A DNA stretch of 64,000 bases. Origin: an uncultured archaeon (GTDB taxonomy: Archaea; Thermoproteota; Bathyarchaeia; Bathyarchaeales; Bathycorpusculaceae). Position numbers and translations under genes: made by a program. The stretch is from contig CAWALK010000015.1 in NCBI GenBank assembly GCA_963782915.1, positions 96,001-160,000 of the forward strand, read 5' to 3'. Positions 1-10,960 of the stretch are shown here, piece by piece. Each line of letters opens with the position of its first letter. Positions within the stretch are counted from its first letter, which is position 1. The notes beneath the pieces are model-generated. The model was not told where the DNA came from and made no database searches. It was given only the letters and a program-made list of their open reading frames with translations.

Positions 1-1071
1 CACAGAGACAGCTACAAGAACAACATTAACTGCTTTTCTCTTTGTTAATGCACCAAGCAGCATGAACATCGGAAACATCGCCATGATATAACGCGGAACA
101 CTTATCCACCAAGAAGTCGAAACCGCCAACCCCCAAGTAAGGAACATATAAAGAAGGTAAGAAGGCCGCAGTCGCTTCCAAACACCCACCCCAATCATTA
201 CAAGCCCAAACACTGCGAATGCGATGGGTGCTGCGCCGATGGTTAGGTTGTTTGCGAATTCGCCTGTTCCTGCCCAATACCAAGCCCGAGTTAAACCTGT
301 CCATGGATCAAAAGTGTTATTCCAATGGGTGGCTTCTATGGTCATGAATGTAAAGGGGTTTCCCGTGACGGATTGGTTGATGCCTAAATAGATCAGAAAA
401 CCAGCCAACGCAGAAAATGCGAAAGCAACGTTTAGCCTTATTTTCTTTGGTTTCCAACCAGTTTGATGAAAATACTCCAAAAGAAGCACTGGCAGCATCA
501 GTAACCCCGCAAGCCGCGTTAGGGCCCCCAAGAAACTAAGCAAACCCACCAGCCACCATTTGCCGATTCGTGCATAATAGAAACAGGCGATTATCAACGC
601 AAAAAAGAGCCCCTCCGTATATGGCGCTGACAGAAAGTAAGCGGTTGGAAAAACACTCAAGAACAACACAGCCTTCACCGCGGCGCCTGAATTGAATTCC
701 AGTTTCGTGAGCTTGTAGAGGTAAAGAAAAGCGATTAGGCTGCAGGCGTTGGCGATTATTAACGCCGAAATGTTGCCATAAGCAAAATCGAATGTGATGG
801 CTCTAATGAGCAAGGGGTAGAGGGGGAAGAAAACGATAAAGTTAGCGTCGTTGCCGACGTTCACGTATCCGTTTTGGGCGATGTTGACGTAGTTTGAGGA
901 ATCCCAATAATGAAACAAGCTGTTGAAGACTGAGGTGGGCGGGGCGGCGCCGTTGTTAAGGTAGGTTACAGTGTAACCTATTGCGAGAACTAAGATTTTG
1001 GCTGCTAAAACGATTAGAATCGCAAGTTTGACCTGTTCAGGAATCCACCTGATATACTCTTTGGGGTTCAA
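1..1071 (-). CDS. GT-C (PIG-V/mannosyltransferase-like) multi-pass membrane protein, 3' end runs off the window
   Basis: Read by hand from TTG at 1071 (not in the ORF track because there is no stop in the window): ...HYWDSSNYVNIAQNGY...FFPLYP...APYTEGLF...SVPRY; paralog of 35970..37208. Confidence 0.8.
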   Translation of the reverse strand, partial: MNPKEYIRWIPEQVKLAILIVLAAKILVLAIGYTVTYLNNGAAPPTSVFNSLFHYWDSSNYVNIAQNGYVNVGNDANFIVFFPLYPLLIRAITFDFAYGNISALIIANACSLIAFLYLYKLTKLEFNSGAAVKAVLFLSVFPTAYFLSAPYTEGLFFALIIACFYYARIGKWWLVGLLSFLGALTRLAGLLMLPVLLLEYFHQTGWKPKKIRLNVAFAFSALAGFLIYLGINQSVTGNPFTFMTIEATHWNNTFDPWTGLTRAWYWAGTGEFANNLTIGAAPIAFAVFGLVMIGVGVWKRLRPSYLLYMFLTWGLAVSTSWWISVPRYIMAMFPMFMLLGALTKRKAVNVVLVAVSV

Positions 1072-1126
1072 GCTTTCTCTACCAAGCTATTGAATCCCCA
1101 AGTTTTTAAAGTTTAAACAAAACGAT

Positions 1127-1828
1127 TTAGGTGTAGCCCGTGAAGTATTCCAGCTTCAGCTTTTCCTTTGGCAAACCCAAACTATCCATCATCGCCTGCA
1201 TCGCCTTAACCATCGGCGGCGGACCACAAGCAAAAAACAAATAGTCCTTGTAATCTGGCAATTCTTTTTGTATCATATCTGCGTTGATGGTGCCGACTGT
1301 GCCTTTCCAGTCGGGTGTAGCTTCGTTTACGGTGAAAGCGATTTTGAGGTTGCTGTTTTTCTGGGCTAATTCTTCAAATTCCCGCCTGAAAACGATGTCG
1401 TTGGGTGTTCGGCAACCATAAAACAGCACAATACGGTTGCCCAAGCCTTTGTCAGTGGCGTTTCTGCATATGCTCATAAACGGGGTGATGCCTATGCCGC
1501 CGCCCAACAATGCGATTTTGGGGTATTCACCTTCGAACGTGAATTGTCCATAGGGGCCATCGATTTTCGCCCAGTCGCCGGCCTTTGCTGCTTTGAGGGC
1601 TGCGGAGTATTCGCTGTCGCTTAATTTCTTGGTGAATTCTATGTGGTCTTTTTCGGTGGGGCTGCTGCTGAAGCTGAAGTGATGGCTGATTTCTTTGTCG
1701 TTCCATTTCAGGTTGACAAAGAAGAATTGTCCAGGTTTATACTCGAGTCCTTGGGGTCTTGGAAAACGATAGCTTACTATGTTAGGCGTTCTGGGAATTA
1801 CGCTTAGGAGTGCTGTTTCGTACTTCAT
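1127..1828 (-). CDS. FAD/NAD(P)-dependent oxidoreductase, ferredoxin-NADP reductase superfamily
   Basis: GPYG, GGIGITP and CGPPPM motifs. Confidence 0.9.
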   Translation of the reverse strand: MKYETALLSVIPRTPNIVSYRFPRPQGLEYKPGQFFFVNLKWNDKEISHHFSFSSSPTEKDHIEFTKKLSDSEYSAALKAAKAGDWAKIDGPYGQFTFEGEYPKIALLGGGIGITPFMSICRNATDKGLGNRIVLFYGCRTPNDIVFRREFEELAQKNSNLKIAFTVNEATPDWKGTVGTINADMIQKELPDYKDYLFFACGPPPMVKAMQAMMDSLGLPKEKLKLEYFTGYT

Positions 1829-1975
1829 AAAAGCTGCAACCACTTCTAGATTGTGATTTTGGGGCTTTAGTACTTTTTGCTAACCCCCAAGCAAAAGAAG
1901 TGCTGGTTTGGGGTTACGTTGAAAAGTAATATATGGAAACAAACAGTAGAAGTAGCCACGAGAACAGAGCTGCAA

Positions 1976-2536
1976 ATGAACCCGAGGCCAAGCACATTAA
2001 ACCGCATTGCAAGTTATGTTAAAAACCACTGGGTATCTCTGGGTGTGCTCTTGGCAGCATATGGCGCCTTCTACCTCTTGGCGGTAATAAGCACTGGTTG
2101 GTCACCAATTGATTGGGGTAAAGATGTAGTTCAATGCGCACCCTCGGCGGTTTCTTCTGTGATTCCACGAAGCTATGTTAGCCCTATTTTCTTTGTTACA
2201 AGCTTGCCAGCCTTACTCATTGGTTCGGTAATGTTATGCGTTTACAGTTTGCATGCGTTGCGTTTTGGTTTGACAGGTGATAGTGAGCGTATAGCGGTTT
2301 TGTTGGTTGTGTTCGGTTTTGCTTATGTGGTGCTGGGTGCTTGGCCGCTTCAGACTGCCGCTAATTTTCCTTGGGAATGGCAAAAGCAAATCATGGGTTA
2401 TGGGCCAATTTTTACTTGGTTACTTTATGGCTTGAGTCTGGTGACGCTTGTTATTGGGGGCCTGTTGCTTTTTGTGCATAGCCGAGATTATAATAGGAGG
2501 CGTCCTGAGGGTTCTTTGGTTGAACTGACCGAATAA
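1976..2536 (+). CDS. Hypothetical membrane protein (about 4 TM)
   Basis: Hydrophobic segments; ATG 1976 preferred over the track's TTG start. Confidence 0.6.
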   Translation: MNPRPSTLNRIASYVKNHWVSLGVLLAAYGAFYLLAVISTGWSPIDWGKDVVQCAPSAVSSVIPRSYVSPIFFVTSLPALLIGSVMLCVYSLHALRFGLTGDSERIAVLLVVFGFAYVVLGAWPLQTAANFPWEWQKQIMGYGPIFTWLLYGLSLVTLVIGGLLLFVHSRDYNRRRPEGSLVELTE

Positions 2537-2726
2537 TTTCCTTGACTAATAGGCATGGGTTTGATGTTCCGCCGTCTTTTTGCATCATCGTCCAGTAAAT
2601 ACTTGTTAATGTGGCCATTCATCCAATTAGTTCGGGTTTAGGCTGGTTTTTTGTCAATTTTATATCGAAATGTGTGAAACACCTATATACTTGATTTTAA
2701 CGTAGTATTGGAAACGAGGGAGCTAT

Positions 2727-5474
2727 TTGACTAAAGTCTGGCATAGTGAAACACCTGAATCCGTATTGACAGAATTAAAAGTGACTACCAATGGATTAAC
2801 TAGCCAAGAAGCCAAAGAACGTCTAGTAACATACGGGCCAAACGAACTCAAAAAGGAAAAAGGCACCTCCCCATTCAAAATCCTCGCAGGACAATTCACC
2901 GATATACTCATGATTATCCTGCTCATAGCAACGGGCCTCTCGATTGCTGTAGGCGAATACACCGATGCCGCAATAATCCTAATCATCGTTTTTGCCAGCG
3001 CAGCTTTAGGTTTCACTCAAGAGTTCCGAAGCGAAAAAGCAGTTGAAGCCCTCAAAAAAATGACGGCGCCAACCGCCAGTGTTCTGCGGGATGGCAGAGA
3101 ATGCCGAATCCCCGCTGCTGAACTCGTACCCGGCGATATTGTGCTTCTATATGCCGGCGATAAAGTTCCAGCAGACGGTAGGCTAATTGAAGCTTTTACA
3201 ATGAAAAATGATGAGGCTCCCCTAACCGGTGAATCTAACCCTGTAAAGAAGTCCTCTCAAACCCTGCCGGAACAGACCCAGCTAAACGACCGCGACAACA
3301 TGGTCTATACTGGAACAGTCGTCGTTTATGGCAGAGGCAAAGCCGTAGTGACTAACACGGGCATGACTACTGAATTCGGTAAAATCGCCCAGATGGTACA
3401 ATCTGCACCAACCGAAAAGACACCCTTAGAAAAACGTTTAGCGGGTGTTGGAAAATGGCTGGGCATTATGTGCATTACCGTTGCAGCAAGCGTGGGCATC
3501 GTGGGCATAGTTATTGAAGGCCGCCCACCTGTAGAAATGCTTCTGTGGGCTGTCAGTTTAGCCGTTGCAGCCGTGCCTGAAGCATTGCCCGCAATAGTTA
3601 CAGGTGCCCTCGCCATCGGCATGTACCGCATGGCAAAAGGCAACGCCATCGTCAAACGCCTGCCAGCAGTGGAGACGCTTGGAAGCTGCAGCGTTATATG
3701 CAGCGACAAAACAGGCACCATGACTAAAGGTGAAATGACCGTTAGAAGCATCTACGTCAACGGCCAAACCATCAAAGTCACGGGAATCGGTTATGCGCCA
3801 GAAGGCGAATTCCAAGTTAACGACAAAAAAGTAACCCCTGACGAAAGCCTCAAAACTTTGCTCAAAGCCGCAGTACTATGTAACGATTCAGGCCTTGAAC
3901 AGGACAGCAAAACCAGCAAATGGATAGTCAAAGGCGACCCAACAGAAGGCGCATTAGTTGTTGCAGCTGAAAAAGCCGATATGCGCAAAGAAGAACTTGA
4001 CATAGCTGAACCTCGCATCTTCGAAGTGCCGTTCTCTTCTGAACGCAAACGCATGACTACAATTCACACTGTAGCTGGCAAGAAAATGGCTTACATGAAA
4101 GGCGCACCTGAAATGGTAATCGAACGCTGCAGCAAAATCATCATCGACGGCAAAGTACAACCATTCACCAAAGACAGCCAAACAAGCCACTTCAAAGTCA
4201 CCGAAACACTAGCACTGCAGGCGCTACGAAACCTCGCTTTCGCCTACAAGGAACTTCCCGACAGCAACGACGAATTTACTGAAGACATGGAGAAAGACTT
4301 TGTCTTCGTCGGCATCATGAGCATGCTTGACCCCCCACGCACTGAAGTAAAAGATGCCATTGAAGTATGCAAGAAAGCAGGCATACGCGTCGTCATGATC
4401 ACAGGTGACCACAAATTAACCGCCATCGCAGTCGGCAAAGAACTTAAACTCTTAGAGGAAAACCACATCGAAACCCAAGTGCTCACAGGACAAGAACTTG
4501 AAAAGATGACTGATGAACAACTAGCGGATGTAGTTGAGCATGTGGTAATTTACGCCCGAGTTGCTCCCGAACATAAAGTTCGCATTGTGAAAGCTTGGAA
4601 ACAAAAAGACCAAGTTGTCGCAATGACCGGCGACGGCGTTAACGATGCCCCAGCACTTAAAATGAGTGACATCGGCGTCGCCATGGGCATCAGCGGCACA
4701 GAAGTTTCCAAAGAAGCCGCAGACATGGTTCTAGCCGACGACAACTTTGCCAGCATAGTTAAAGCAGTTAAGGAAGGCCGTGAAATCTTTGAAAACATCA
4801 AGAAGTACCTGACATATCTGCTGCAATGTAACATCATGGAAATCTTGGTAATGTTCTTCGCAGTCGTTAGCGTGCCATATCTTGCAGCTTGGCTTTCACC
4901 GGGTTCAGACGTAACTGCAGTCAGTGAAGCAGCAATCGCTTTGACAGCTGTACAGTTGCTATGGATGAACTTAGTCACAGACGGCTTGCCAGCCATCGCA
5001 CTAGGCGTTGATCCAGGCGACCCTGACTTAATGGATCGTAAACCACGAAAACCAAACAAGAGCATCTTTAGCCGAGACGTCAAGACATACCTAACCGTAA
5101 TGCCAATAATCATGACAGCGATGCTGCTGATTGCTTTCTTCTCGCACCTACCTTGGACAAGCGAATTCCATCTGCTTGAAGCCAGAACACAACTGCTAAC
5201 CGCTATGATCGTAATGGAGCTAGTCATAGCCCTCAGTATGCGCTCGCTAAAGTATCCAGTATTCAAGGTTGGGATCTTTAAGAACAAGTGGCTTTGGGTT
5301 GCTATACTTGCCTCATTTGGGCTGCAACTAGTAATCCTATATGTCCCAGGGCTACAAGCACTCTTTGACGTGCACATGCCCGAACTAATCGATTGGGGCA
5401 TTGCAGCGCTGTATGGCGGTATAGTCTTTGCTATACTGGAAATTGGCAAATGGGCTACTTCACGAGGAAAATAG
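2727..5474 (+). CDS. Cation-translocating P-type ATPase (P2A, Ca2+-type)
   Basis: TGES, PEAL, DKTGT, GDPTE, KGAPE, TGD and GDGVND motifs. Confidence 0.95.
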   Translation: MTKVWHSETPESVLTELKVTTNGLTSQEAKERLVTYGPNELKKEKGTSPFKILAGQFTDILMIILLIATGLSIAVGEYTDAAIILIIVFASAALGFTQEFRSEKAVEALKKMTAPTASVLRDGRECRIPAAELVPGDIVLLYAGDKVPADGRLIEAFTMKNDEAPLTGESNPVKKSSQTLPEQTQLNDRDNMVYTGTVVVYGRGKAVVTNTGMTTEFGKIAQMVQSAPTEKTPLEKRLAGVGKWLGIMCITVAASVGIVGIVIEGRPPVEMLLWAVSLAVAAVPEALPAIVTGALAIGMYRMAKGNAIVKRLPAVETLGSCSVICSDKTGTMTKGEMTVRSIYVNGQTIKVTGIGYAPEGEFQVNDKKVTPDESLKTLLKAAVLCNDSGLEQDSKTSKWIVKGDPTEGALVVAAEKADMRKEELDIAEPRIFEVPFSSERKRMTTIHTVAGKKMAYMKGAPEMVIERCSKIIIDGKVQPFTKDSQTSHFKVTETLALQALRNLAFAYKELPDSNDEFTEDMEKDFVFVGIMSMLDPPRTEVKDAIEVCKKAGIRVVMITGDHKLTAIAVGKELKLLEENHIETQVLTGQELEKMTDEQLADVVEHVVIYARVAPEHKVRIVKAWKQKDQVVAMTGDGVNDAPALKMSDIGVAMGISGTEVSKEAADMVLADDNFASIVKAVKEGREIFENIKKYLTYLLQCNIMEILVMFFAVVSVPYLAAWLSPGSDVTAVSEAAIALTAVQLLWMNLVTDGLPAIALGVDPGDPDLMDRKPRKPNKSIFSRDVKTYLTVMPIIMTAMLLIAFFSHLPWTSEFHLLEARTQLLTAMIVMELVIALSMRSLKYPVFKVGIFKNKWLWVAILASFGLQLVILYVPGLQALFDVHMPELIDWGIAALYGGIVFAILEIGKWATSRGK

Positions 5475-5617
5475 TCACTCTCCAAGTGAAACCCAACATT
5501 TTCTTTATTTTTCATTTTTTCGAAATTTAATCTAAATTTTGTATGGTCAGATAGCAAGCCTTATAATCAAAACCAGCTAAAAACAGGTCTAACCTCATAC
5601 GTGAGGGGCAATAAAAA

Positions 5618-6196
5618 ATGAGCGATAAATTGATAACTAAATTAGCAAATCCCGCACCTCTTGGACTCTTAGGCTTCGGCTTAACAACAGTGCTTCTAAA
5701 TCTACACAATGCTGGCTTATTCGAGCTTAACACAATGATTCTGGCCATGGGCATAGCTTACGGTGGCTTAGCACAAGTCATCGTTGGCATAATGGAATAC
5801 CGAAACGGAAACACCTTTGGCATGGTCGCCTTCAGCTCTTATGGCCTATTCTGGTGGTCTCTTGTAGCGTTACTCATTTTACCTGGCTTAACATCGTTTG
5901 CAGGACCCGACAACGCTGCCATGGCTGCATACTTCTTCATGTGGGGAATCTTCACATTAGCGATGTTCTTTGGCACTCTAAAAACTAACCGTGCACTGCA
6001 ATTTGTATTCATGAGCTTAGCGATACTGTTCTTTTTGCTTACAACACGTGAATTACTTGGAAACCCTCAATGGTTCAACACAATCTGTGGAATCGAAGGT
6101 GTCATCGTTGGCGCTAGCGCAGTATACCTTGGTATAGCAGAAGTCCTAAACGAAGCACACAAGAAAACAATTTTGCCGATTTGCCCAGTGAAATAA
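5618..6196 (+). CDS. satP: Acetate uptake channel, GPR1/FUN34/SatP family
   Basis: N-terminal ANPAPLGL signature, 6 TM segments, adjacent to acs. Confidence 0.92.
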   Translation: MSDKLITKLANPAPLGLLGFGLTTVLLNLHNAGLFELNTMILAMGIAYGGLAQVIVGIMEYRNGNTFGMVAFSSYGLFWWSLVALLILPGLTSFAGPDNAAMAAYFFMWGIFTLAMFFGTLKTNRALQFVFMSLAILFFLLTTRELLGNPQWFNTICGIEGVIVGASAVYLGIAEVLNEAHKKTILPICPVK

Positions 6197-6576
6197 ATTT
6201 TCCTTTTTTATTTTTTTTACGCTTCACGCTCGGTTTTTCACTTTTTTAATTCTTTATAATCATTTTTTTGGTTACCTGTAATTCTCTCGATATGTTAACA
6301 TTACTGATTGAAAAAAATACACTTTTGTCAAGCAATAATTGAATTTTTTCAGCTGCAATATTGTTATATGAGCAATATACAACCTAACAATTTTATTAGA
6401 TAAAATCTTGTAAGGTTTATTTTGAATACGGTGTTTTTGCTCCATCCAAATGTTCGCAGCATATTTGGTGAGTAACATAAAAAAACCGTATATCTGTTTT
6501 CAATTTCACATTAAGCGCTTAAAAAAACTTATATGCAGTAAGGGCTTAACCTTTCAGGCACATATAGGATGAGAAT

Positions 6577-8538
6577 ATGTCCGAAGCAAGTCTACCCTTC
6601 AATGAGAAATATTCTCCCGTCAGCGCAAAAGTTTCTTCTGGTCAAATCCGACAAGCTGAATGGGAGAATTCCATTAAGAACCCACGCGAGTTCTGGGCTG
6701 AAAAAGCCAAAGCAATTGATTGGTTCAAAGCGCCAACGCAAATACTAGATGATTCGAACCCGCCGTTTTTTAAGTGGTTTGCTGATGGAGAACTAAACAT
6801 CTCCTATAACGCGTTAGATAGGCACATTAAAGGCCCCAGAAAAAACAAGCTAGCCTACATTTGGGAAGGCGAAATGGGAGAAGTAAAAACTTACACTTAC
6901 TACCAGCTCTACCGTGAAGTCAACAAATTTGCAAAAGCACTAAAAGACCTAGGCGTCAAAAAAGGGGACCGCGTGGCAGTCTTCTTACCGGTTATCCCTG
7001 AATTGCCAATGGCATTGCTTGCAACCGCAAGAATCGGTGGAGTCCACACCGTAGTGTTCTCTGGATTTAGCGCAGAAGCTTTAGCTGACAGAGTTAACGA
7101 CTGTGGAGCAAAAATCCTCATAACCGCTGACGGCTCTTTCCGCAGGGGCAAACCAGTCGGAATCAAGGACAACGCAGACCGTGCAATCCCCTTAATGCCA
7201 AACATCGAAAAAGTCATCGTCGTCAAACGCACCGGTCAACCCGTTCAAATGAAAGAAGGACGAGACATCTGGTACAGCGACGCTTTGGCACAGGCAGGCG
7301 CAAACGCATACGTCGAACCGGAAAGCATGAAGTCAACTGACCCATTGTTCATTCTCTACACTTCAGGCACCACAGGCAAACCTAAAGGCGTTCAACATGG
7401 CACAGGCGGCTACCTCGTCTGGGCTTACTGGACACTTAAATGGGCATTTGACCCCAAAGACGAAGACATCTACTGGTGTGTTGCAGACATCGGCTGGATC
7501 ACAGGCCACACCTACAACGTCTATGCGCCACTTAGTCATGGCATAACAGCGTTCCTCTTCGAAGGCACACCAGACTACCCAGCACAAGACCGCTGGTGGC
7601 AAATGATCGAAAACCACGGCGTCACCATACTCTACGGCACACCAACCGCAGTCCGCATGTTCATGAAATTTGGTGAAGAATGGGTCAACAAACACGACCT
7701 GTCCACACTACGCGAACTCGGTTCAGTCGGCGAAGCCATAAACCCCGAAGCATGGAAATGGTACTACCGCGTAATCGGCAAAGAACGACTGCCAATAATC
7801 GACACTTGGTGGCAAACAGAAACAGGCGGATTCATGATTTCCCCAGCGACAGGCATAGAACTTACACCACTAAAACCAGGTTCAGCCACACTTGCCTTGC
7901 CAGGAGTTAACGCTGACATCGTCGACGAGAAAGGACAATCAGTGCCACAAGGAACCAAAGGGTACTTAGTGATAAGGTCGCCTTGGCCTGGAATGCTACA
8001 AACCATCTGGAAGGACCCCGACCGCTTTAAGCTAACATACTTCGGCAAATGGCCAGGAATCTATTATGTCGGCGACTACGCTATTCGGGACCCTGATGGG
8101 TACTTCTGGTTACTTGGCAGAGCAGATGAAGTTCTAAAAGTAGCGGGACACAGAATCGGCACCGTCGAACTCGAAAGCGCATTAGTCTCTCACCCAGCAG
8201 TCAGCGAAGCAGCAGTCATGGGTAAAGAAGACGCAGTTAAAGGCGAAGTCCCAGTAGCATTCGTTGTGCTTCGCAGCGGATTCACACCTTCAGACGAGCT
8301 TAGTGCGGAACTTATAAAACATGTCAGAACCACAATCGGTCCAATCGCAACACCAGACGCCGTTGTAATCGTTGCCAAACTACCGAAGACCCGAAGCGGC
8401 AAAATCATGCGCAGACTCCTCAAAGCAGTCCTAACTGGCGCACCACTAGGCGACACCAGCACAATCGAAGACGAAGGCTCAATCGAAGACATCAAAGCAA
8501 CCTACAACGAGTTACGCAAGCAACTTGCACCAAAATAA
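6577..8538 (+). CDS. acs: Acetate--CoA ligase (AMP-forming)
   Basis: YTSGTTGKPKG, DTWWQTETG and PKTRSGKIMRR motifs. Confidence 0.96.
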   Translation: MSEASLPFNEKYSPVSAKVSSGQIRQAEWENSIKNPREFWAEKAKAIDWFKAPTQILDDSNPPFFKWFADGELNISYNALDRHIKGPRKNKLAYIWEGEMGEVKTYTYYQLYREVNKFAKALKDLGVKKGDRVAVFLPVIPELPMALLATARIGGVHTVVFSGFSAEALADRVNDCGAKILITADGSFRRGKPVGIKDNADRAIPLMPNIEKVIVVKRTGQPVQMKEGRDIWYSDALAQAGANAYVEPESMKSTDPLFILYTSGTTGKPKGVQHGTGGYLVWAYWTLKWAFDPKDEDIYWCVADIGWITGHTYNVYAPLSHGITAFLFEGTPDYPAQDRWWQMIENHGVTILYGTPTAVRMFMKFGEEWVNKHDLSTLRELGSVGEAINPEAWKWYYRVIGKERLPIIDTWWQTETGGFMISPATGIELTPLKPGSATLALPGVNADIVDEKGQSVPQGTKGYLVIRSPWPGMLQTIWKDPDRFKLTYFGKWPGIYYVGDYAIRDPDGYFWLLGRADEVLKVAGHRIGTVELESALVSHPAVSEAAVMGKEDAVKGEVPVAFVVLRSGFTPSDELSAELIKHVRTTIGPIATPDAVVIVAKLPKTRSGKIMRRLLKAVLTGAPLGDTSTIEDEGSIEDIKATYNELRKQLAPK

Positions 8539-8558
8539 ACAAACAACTTTTTTCTTTT

Positions 8559-9506
8559 TTATTCCTTTTTTTCGAAAAGAATGTTGGGTGCAACTGTTAA
8601 ATCCCTATAGAGTGGGATAAATTCTTTTAAACGTTGTATTGAAATATTCGAGCCGATTATGGGCAATTGGTCTCCTGCTCGTCTGAGTAGAACTCGTGTA
8701 ACTAAATTTTCCCTAACTTTATGTTCATAAACGATGAATTTGATTTTGTAATGGTTGTCTTTTAGAATTTGAAGCAATTCCTCAAGTTTCTCCGGCCTAA
8801 GGCAAGTTGGTTGTGTGTGTAACTCAAGCAAAATCTTTGTTTTACCCTTGAGCGTTTGAGTCATGCCTTTAATTATTTCGTACTCAAAGCCTTCTACATC
8901 CATGCGGACAAGGTTTGGTGGCGCCTTGTCTTTCACAAACTCATCCACAGTCATCATGGCAACGTCTTGAACGCCTAAGACTACTCCACCGACAGCTTCC
9001 TTATTCATCGCACACAAGTTAGATTTATTAGAGACAAAAATTTCTGCATGCATGTTTCTGTCTCCGAAAGCAAATTGATAAGTAGAAACATTCGCTAAAT
9101 TGTTTAAACCCACGTTCTTCTCTAACATTTTATAGGTGTTGCGGACTGGTTCAACAGCGTAAACTTTTCCAGTCTGTCCTACAAGTTGCGATTCAACCAA
9201 TGCATAGTAGCCAATGTTTGCCCCGATATCTAAAACGACATCACCTTTTTTTATTACCCCAGAATTAATCAGGTATTCAGTGCAGATGGGCTCTCTTTTT
9301 CGGTAAAGGTACAAGTCAGTGTTGATGTCGCCTTTTTCGGGGAAGAGCATCATTTTTGATTTATTGACTTTGATAACCTTTGCTTCGGGCATATATTTTA
9401 GCCTATTAATGGTTTCTTTTACGGCTATTGCAAAAAGTTTTGCGGCTATTTGGTTTATTGTTTTGTTCTTTGATTGTTTTATAGTTCTATAGAACGGTAG
9501 CTTCAT
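8559..9506 (-). CDS. FkbM-family SAM-dependent methyltransferase
   Basis: LDIGANIGYY, AVEP and MDVEGFE motifs. Confidence 0.9.
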   Translation of the reverse strand: MKLPFYRTIKQSKNKTINQIAAKLFAIAVKETINRLKYMPEAKVIKVNKSKMMLFPEKGDINTDLYLYRKREPICTEYLINSGVIKKGDVVLDIGANIGYYALVESQLVGQTGKVYAVEPVRNTYKMLEKNVGLNNLANVSTYQFAFGDRNMHAEIFVSNKSNLCAMNKEAVGGVVLGVQDVAMMTVDEFVKDKAPPNLVRMDVEGFEYEIIKGMTQTLKGKTKILLELHTQPTCLRPEKLEELLQILKDNHYKIKFIVYEHKVRENLVTRVLLRRAGDQLPIIGSNISIQRLKEFIPLYRDLTVAPNILFEKKE

Positions 9507-9715
9507 TCTTATTTCCTACATCTTGCCCACTATTGCAAAGCAGAGGTTGACGCGAGCGCCAAACATCTTACAAGTCAAACCATAAAACGCCATTAAAAGA
9601 GGTATAACGTGCATGCTGCACTTACAAAAAATCTTGATATGACCTATTAATTTAATTAAATTTGGGAAAATCCTTTAAAACAAGGTATGGGGTTTTACGT
9701 GGAAAAGGGACCTGT

Positions 9716-10531
9716 TTGGAATTACCAAATGAGGAAAACGTACTCGTTAGTCTAGGACTAACTTCTATGCAAGCCAGAGTCTACTTATCACTAGCCCGTA
9801 ATGGATCCTCAAAAGTAACAGCTATTTCACGGACTTCTGGAATTCATAGAACTCACCTCTATGAGGTCCTGAAGTCTCTTACAGACAAAGGGTTCGTTGT
9901 CAAGCAACTTAGCAGTTCCGAATATAGCGCAGTACCCCTAAAAGATGCTGCACAATTTTTAGTCAGAGGAAAGCAACAAGAAGTTTTGAAACTTGAAAAT
10001 TCAGTTAACGAAATCGCTGAATCCTTACACGAAAAAAGTGACCTAACAAAAGAAATCAAACGTGAACTGTTTTTATCTTCTAATAAAACGTATAGTATTT
10101 CCAAAAGCCGAAAATACATTGATTCCGCCGCATCTCAAGTTGATCAAATGCATACTTGGAAACGATTTACTCAACTTTGGCAGCTCTTCGATGATCATCT
10201 CACGGGAACTATGAATAGAGGCGTAATGATACGCCAGATTGTAGAGATTCCCAAAGATATAGTTCAGGCTAAGAGGTTTCTAAGCGGAGCGGTTTTCGTT
10301 CATCCCCTGTTTGAGTTGAGGTTTGTTAATAAGACTGGCGGCAACTTGACGATTATTGATAACAAAGCGGTTTTTTTGAGTACCTCTCTGGAAAAGGAGA
10401 ATCTCGGGGAGACACCGCTTGTTTTTTCGAATTATGAGGGGTTGTTGGGTCTTATGCGGAACTATTTTGATTATAGTTGGATGTATGGTTACCGCTGGAA
10501 ATGTGGAGAACTTATTCCATTTAACCGATAG
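9716..10531 (+). CDS. TrmB-family transcriptional regulator
   Basis: LGLT...ARVYLSL...HRTHLYEVLKSL..KGFV winged helix; PLD-like C-terminus (IIDNK). Confidence 0.85.
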   Translation: MELPNEENVLVSLGLTSMQARVYLSLARNGSSKVTAISRTSGIHRTHLYEVLKSLTDKGFVVKQLSSSEYSAVPLKDAAQFLVRGKQQEVLKLENSVNEIAESLHEKSDLTKEIKRELFLSSNKTYSISKSRKYIDSAASQVDQMHTWKRFTQLWQLFDDHLTGTMNRGVMIRQIVEIPKDIVQAKRFLSGAVFVHPLFELRFVNKTGGNLTIIDNKAVFLSTSLEKENLGETPLVFSNYEGLLGLMRNYFDYSWMYGYRWKCGELIPFNR

Positions 10532-10583
10532 CAGAGTGAAAGGAAATTGTTTCCTGAGTGATTGGATTAGGATTTATTGATTT

Positions 10584-10946
10584 TTTCTTTAGTTGTTGTT
10601 GCCGAGAAGCCTCTATACACAACAACAACCAGCAGGCTTGGCTGGCGGCTGCTTTTTGGTTAACGCGTTTAAGGGCAGTTGCTGGCTGGTTGTGGAGACT
10701 TATGCAAGCAGATCAAAGAAAGGGCAGGGTCTTTTGCTCTTGGCGAATAGACCCCCCTCTATTTATAGGCTAAACAAGCGCAGAAGAAAAACAAGCACAT
10801 GCAGGCGTATGTTGATTCGCGGCGTTGGGGCTTAAGTGTTTGAGAGCTTGGCTGTAGGGTTACTAACGTTTGTGCCAAACGCCTAACCGCAAAGGTTAAA
10901 GCGGGAGTTTGTTGCTCCAAACGAATTCCCTCCCCTCTATATAGCC
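10584..10946 (+). repeat. Dispersed intergenic repeat, copy 1 (longest)
   Basis: GTTGTTGTTG-N18-CAACAACAAC hairpin, GCTGGCTGGTTG..GCAAGCA, GGTCTTTTGCTCT, CCCCCCTCTATTTATAGGCT and CCCTCCCCTCTATATAG blocks, shared with the copies at 52781 and 62337. Confidence 0.8.
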
Positions 10947-10960
10947 GGCAGCAGAGCCTT

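Noticed and set aside
2723-8495. Antisense ORFs inside the ATPase and acs (for example 4550..5557), and similar shadow ORFs across the window
   Set aside because: Shadows of well-supported genes, caused by codon bias
10558-10835. Short ORFs at 10558/10593 and 52742/52777 as a small-protein family
   Set aside because: They resemble each other only because they overlie the DNA repeat; frames and stops are not conserved
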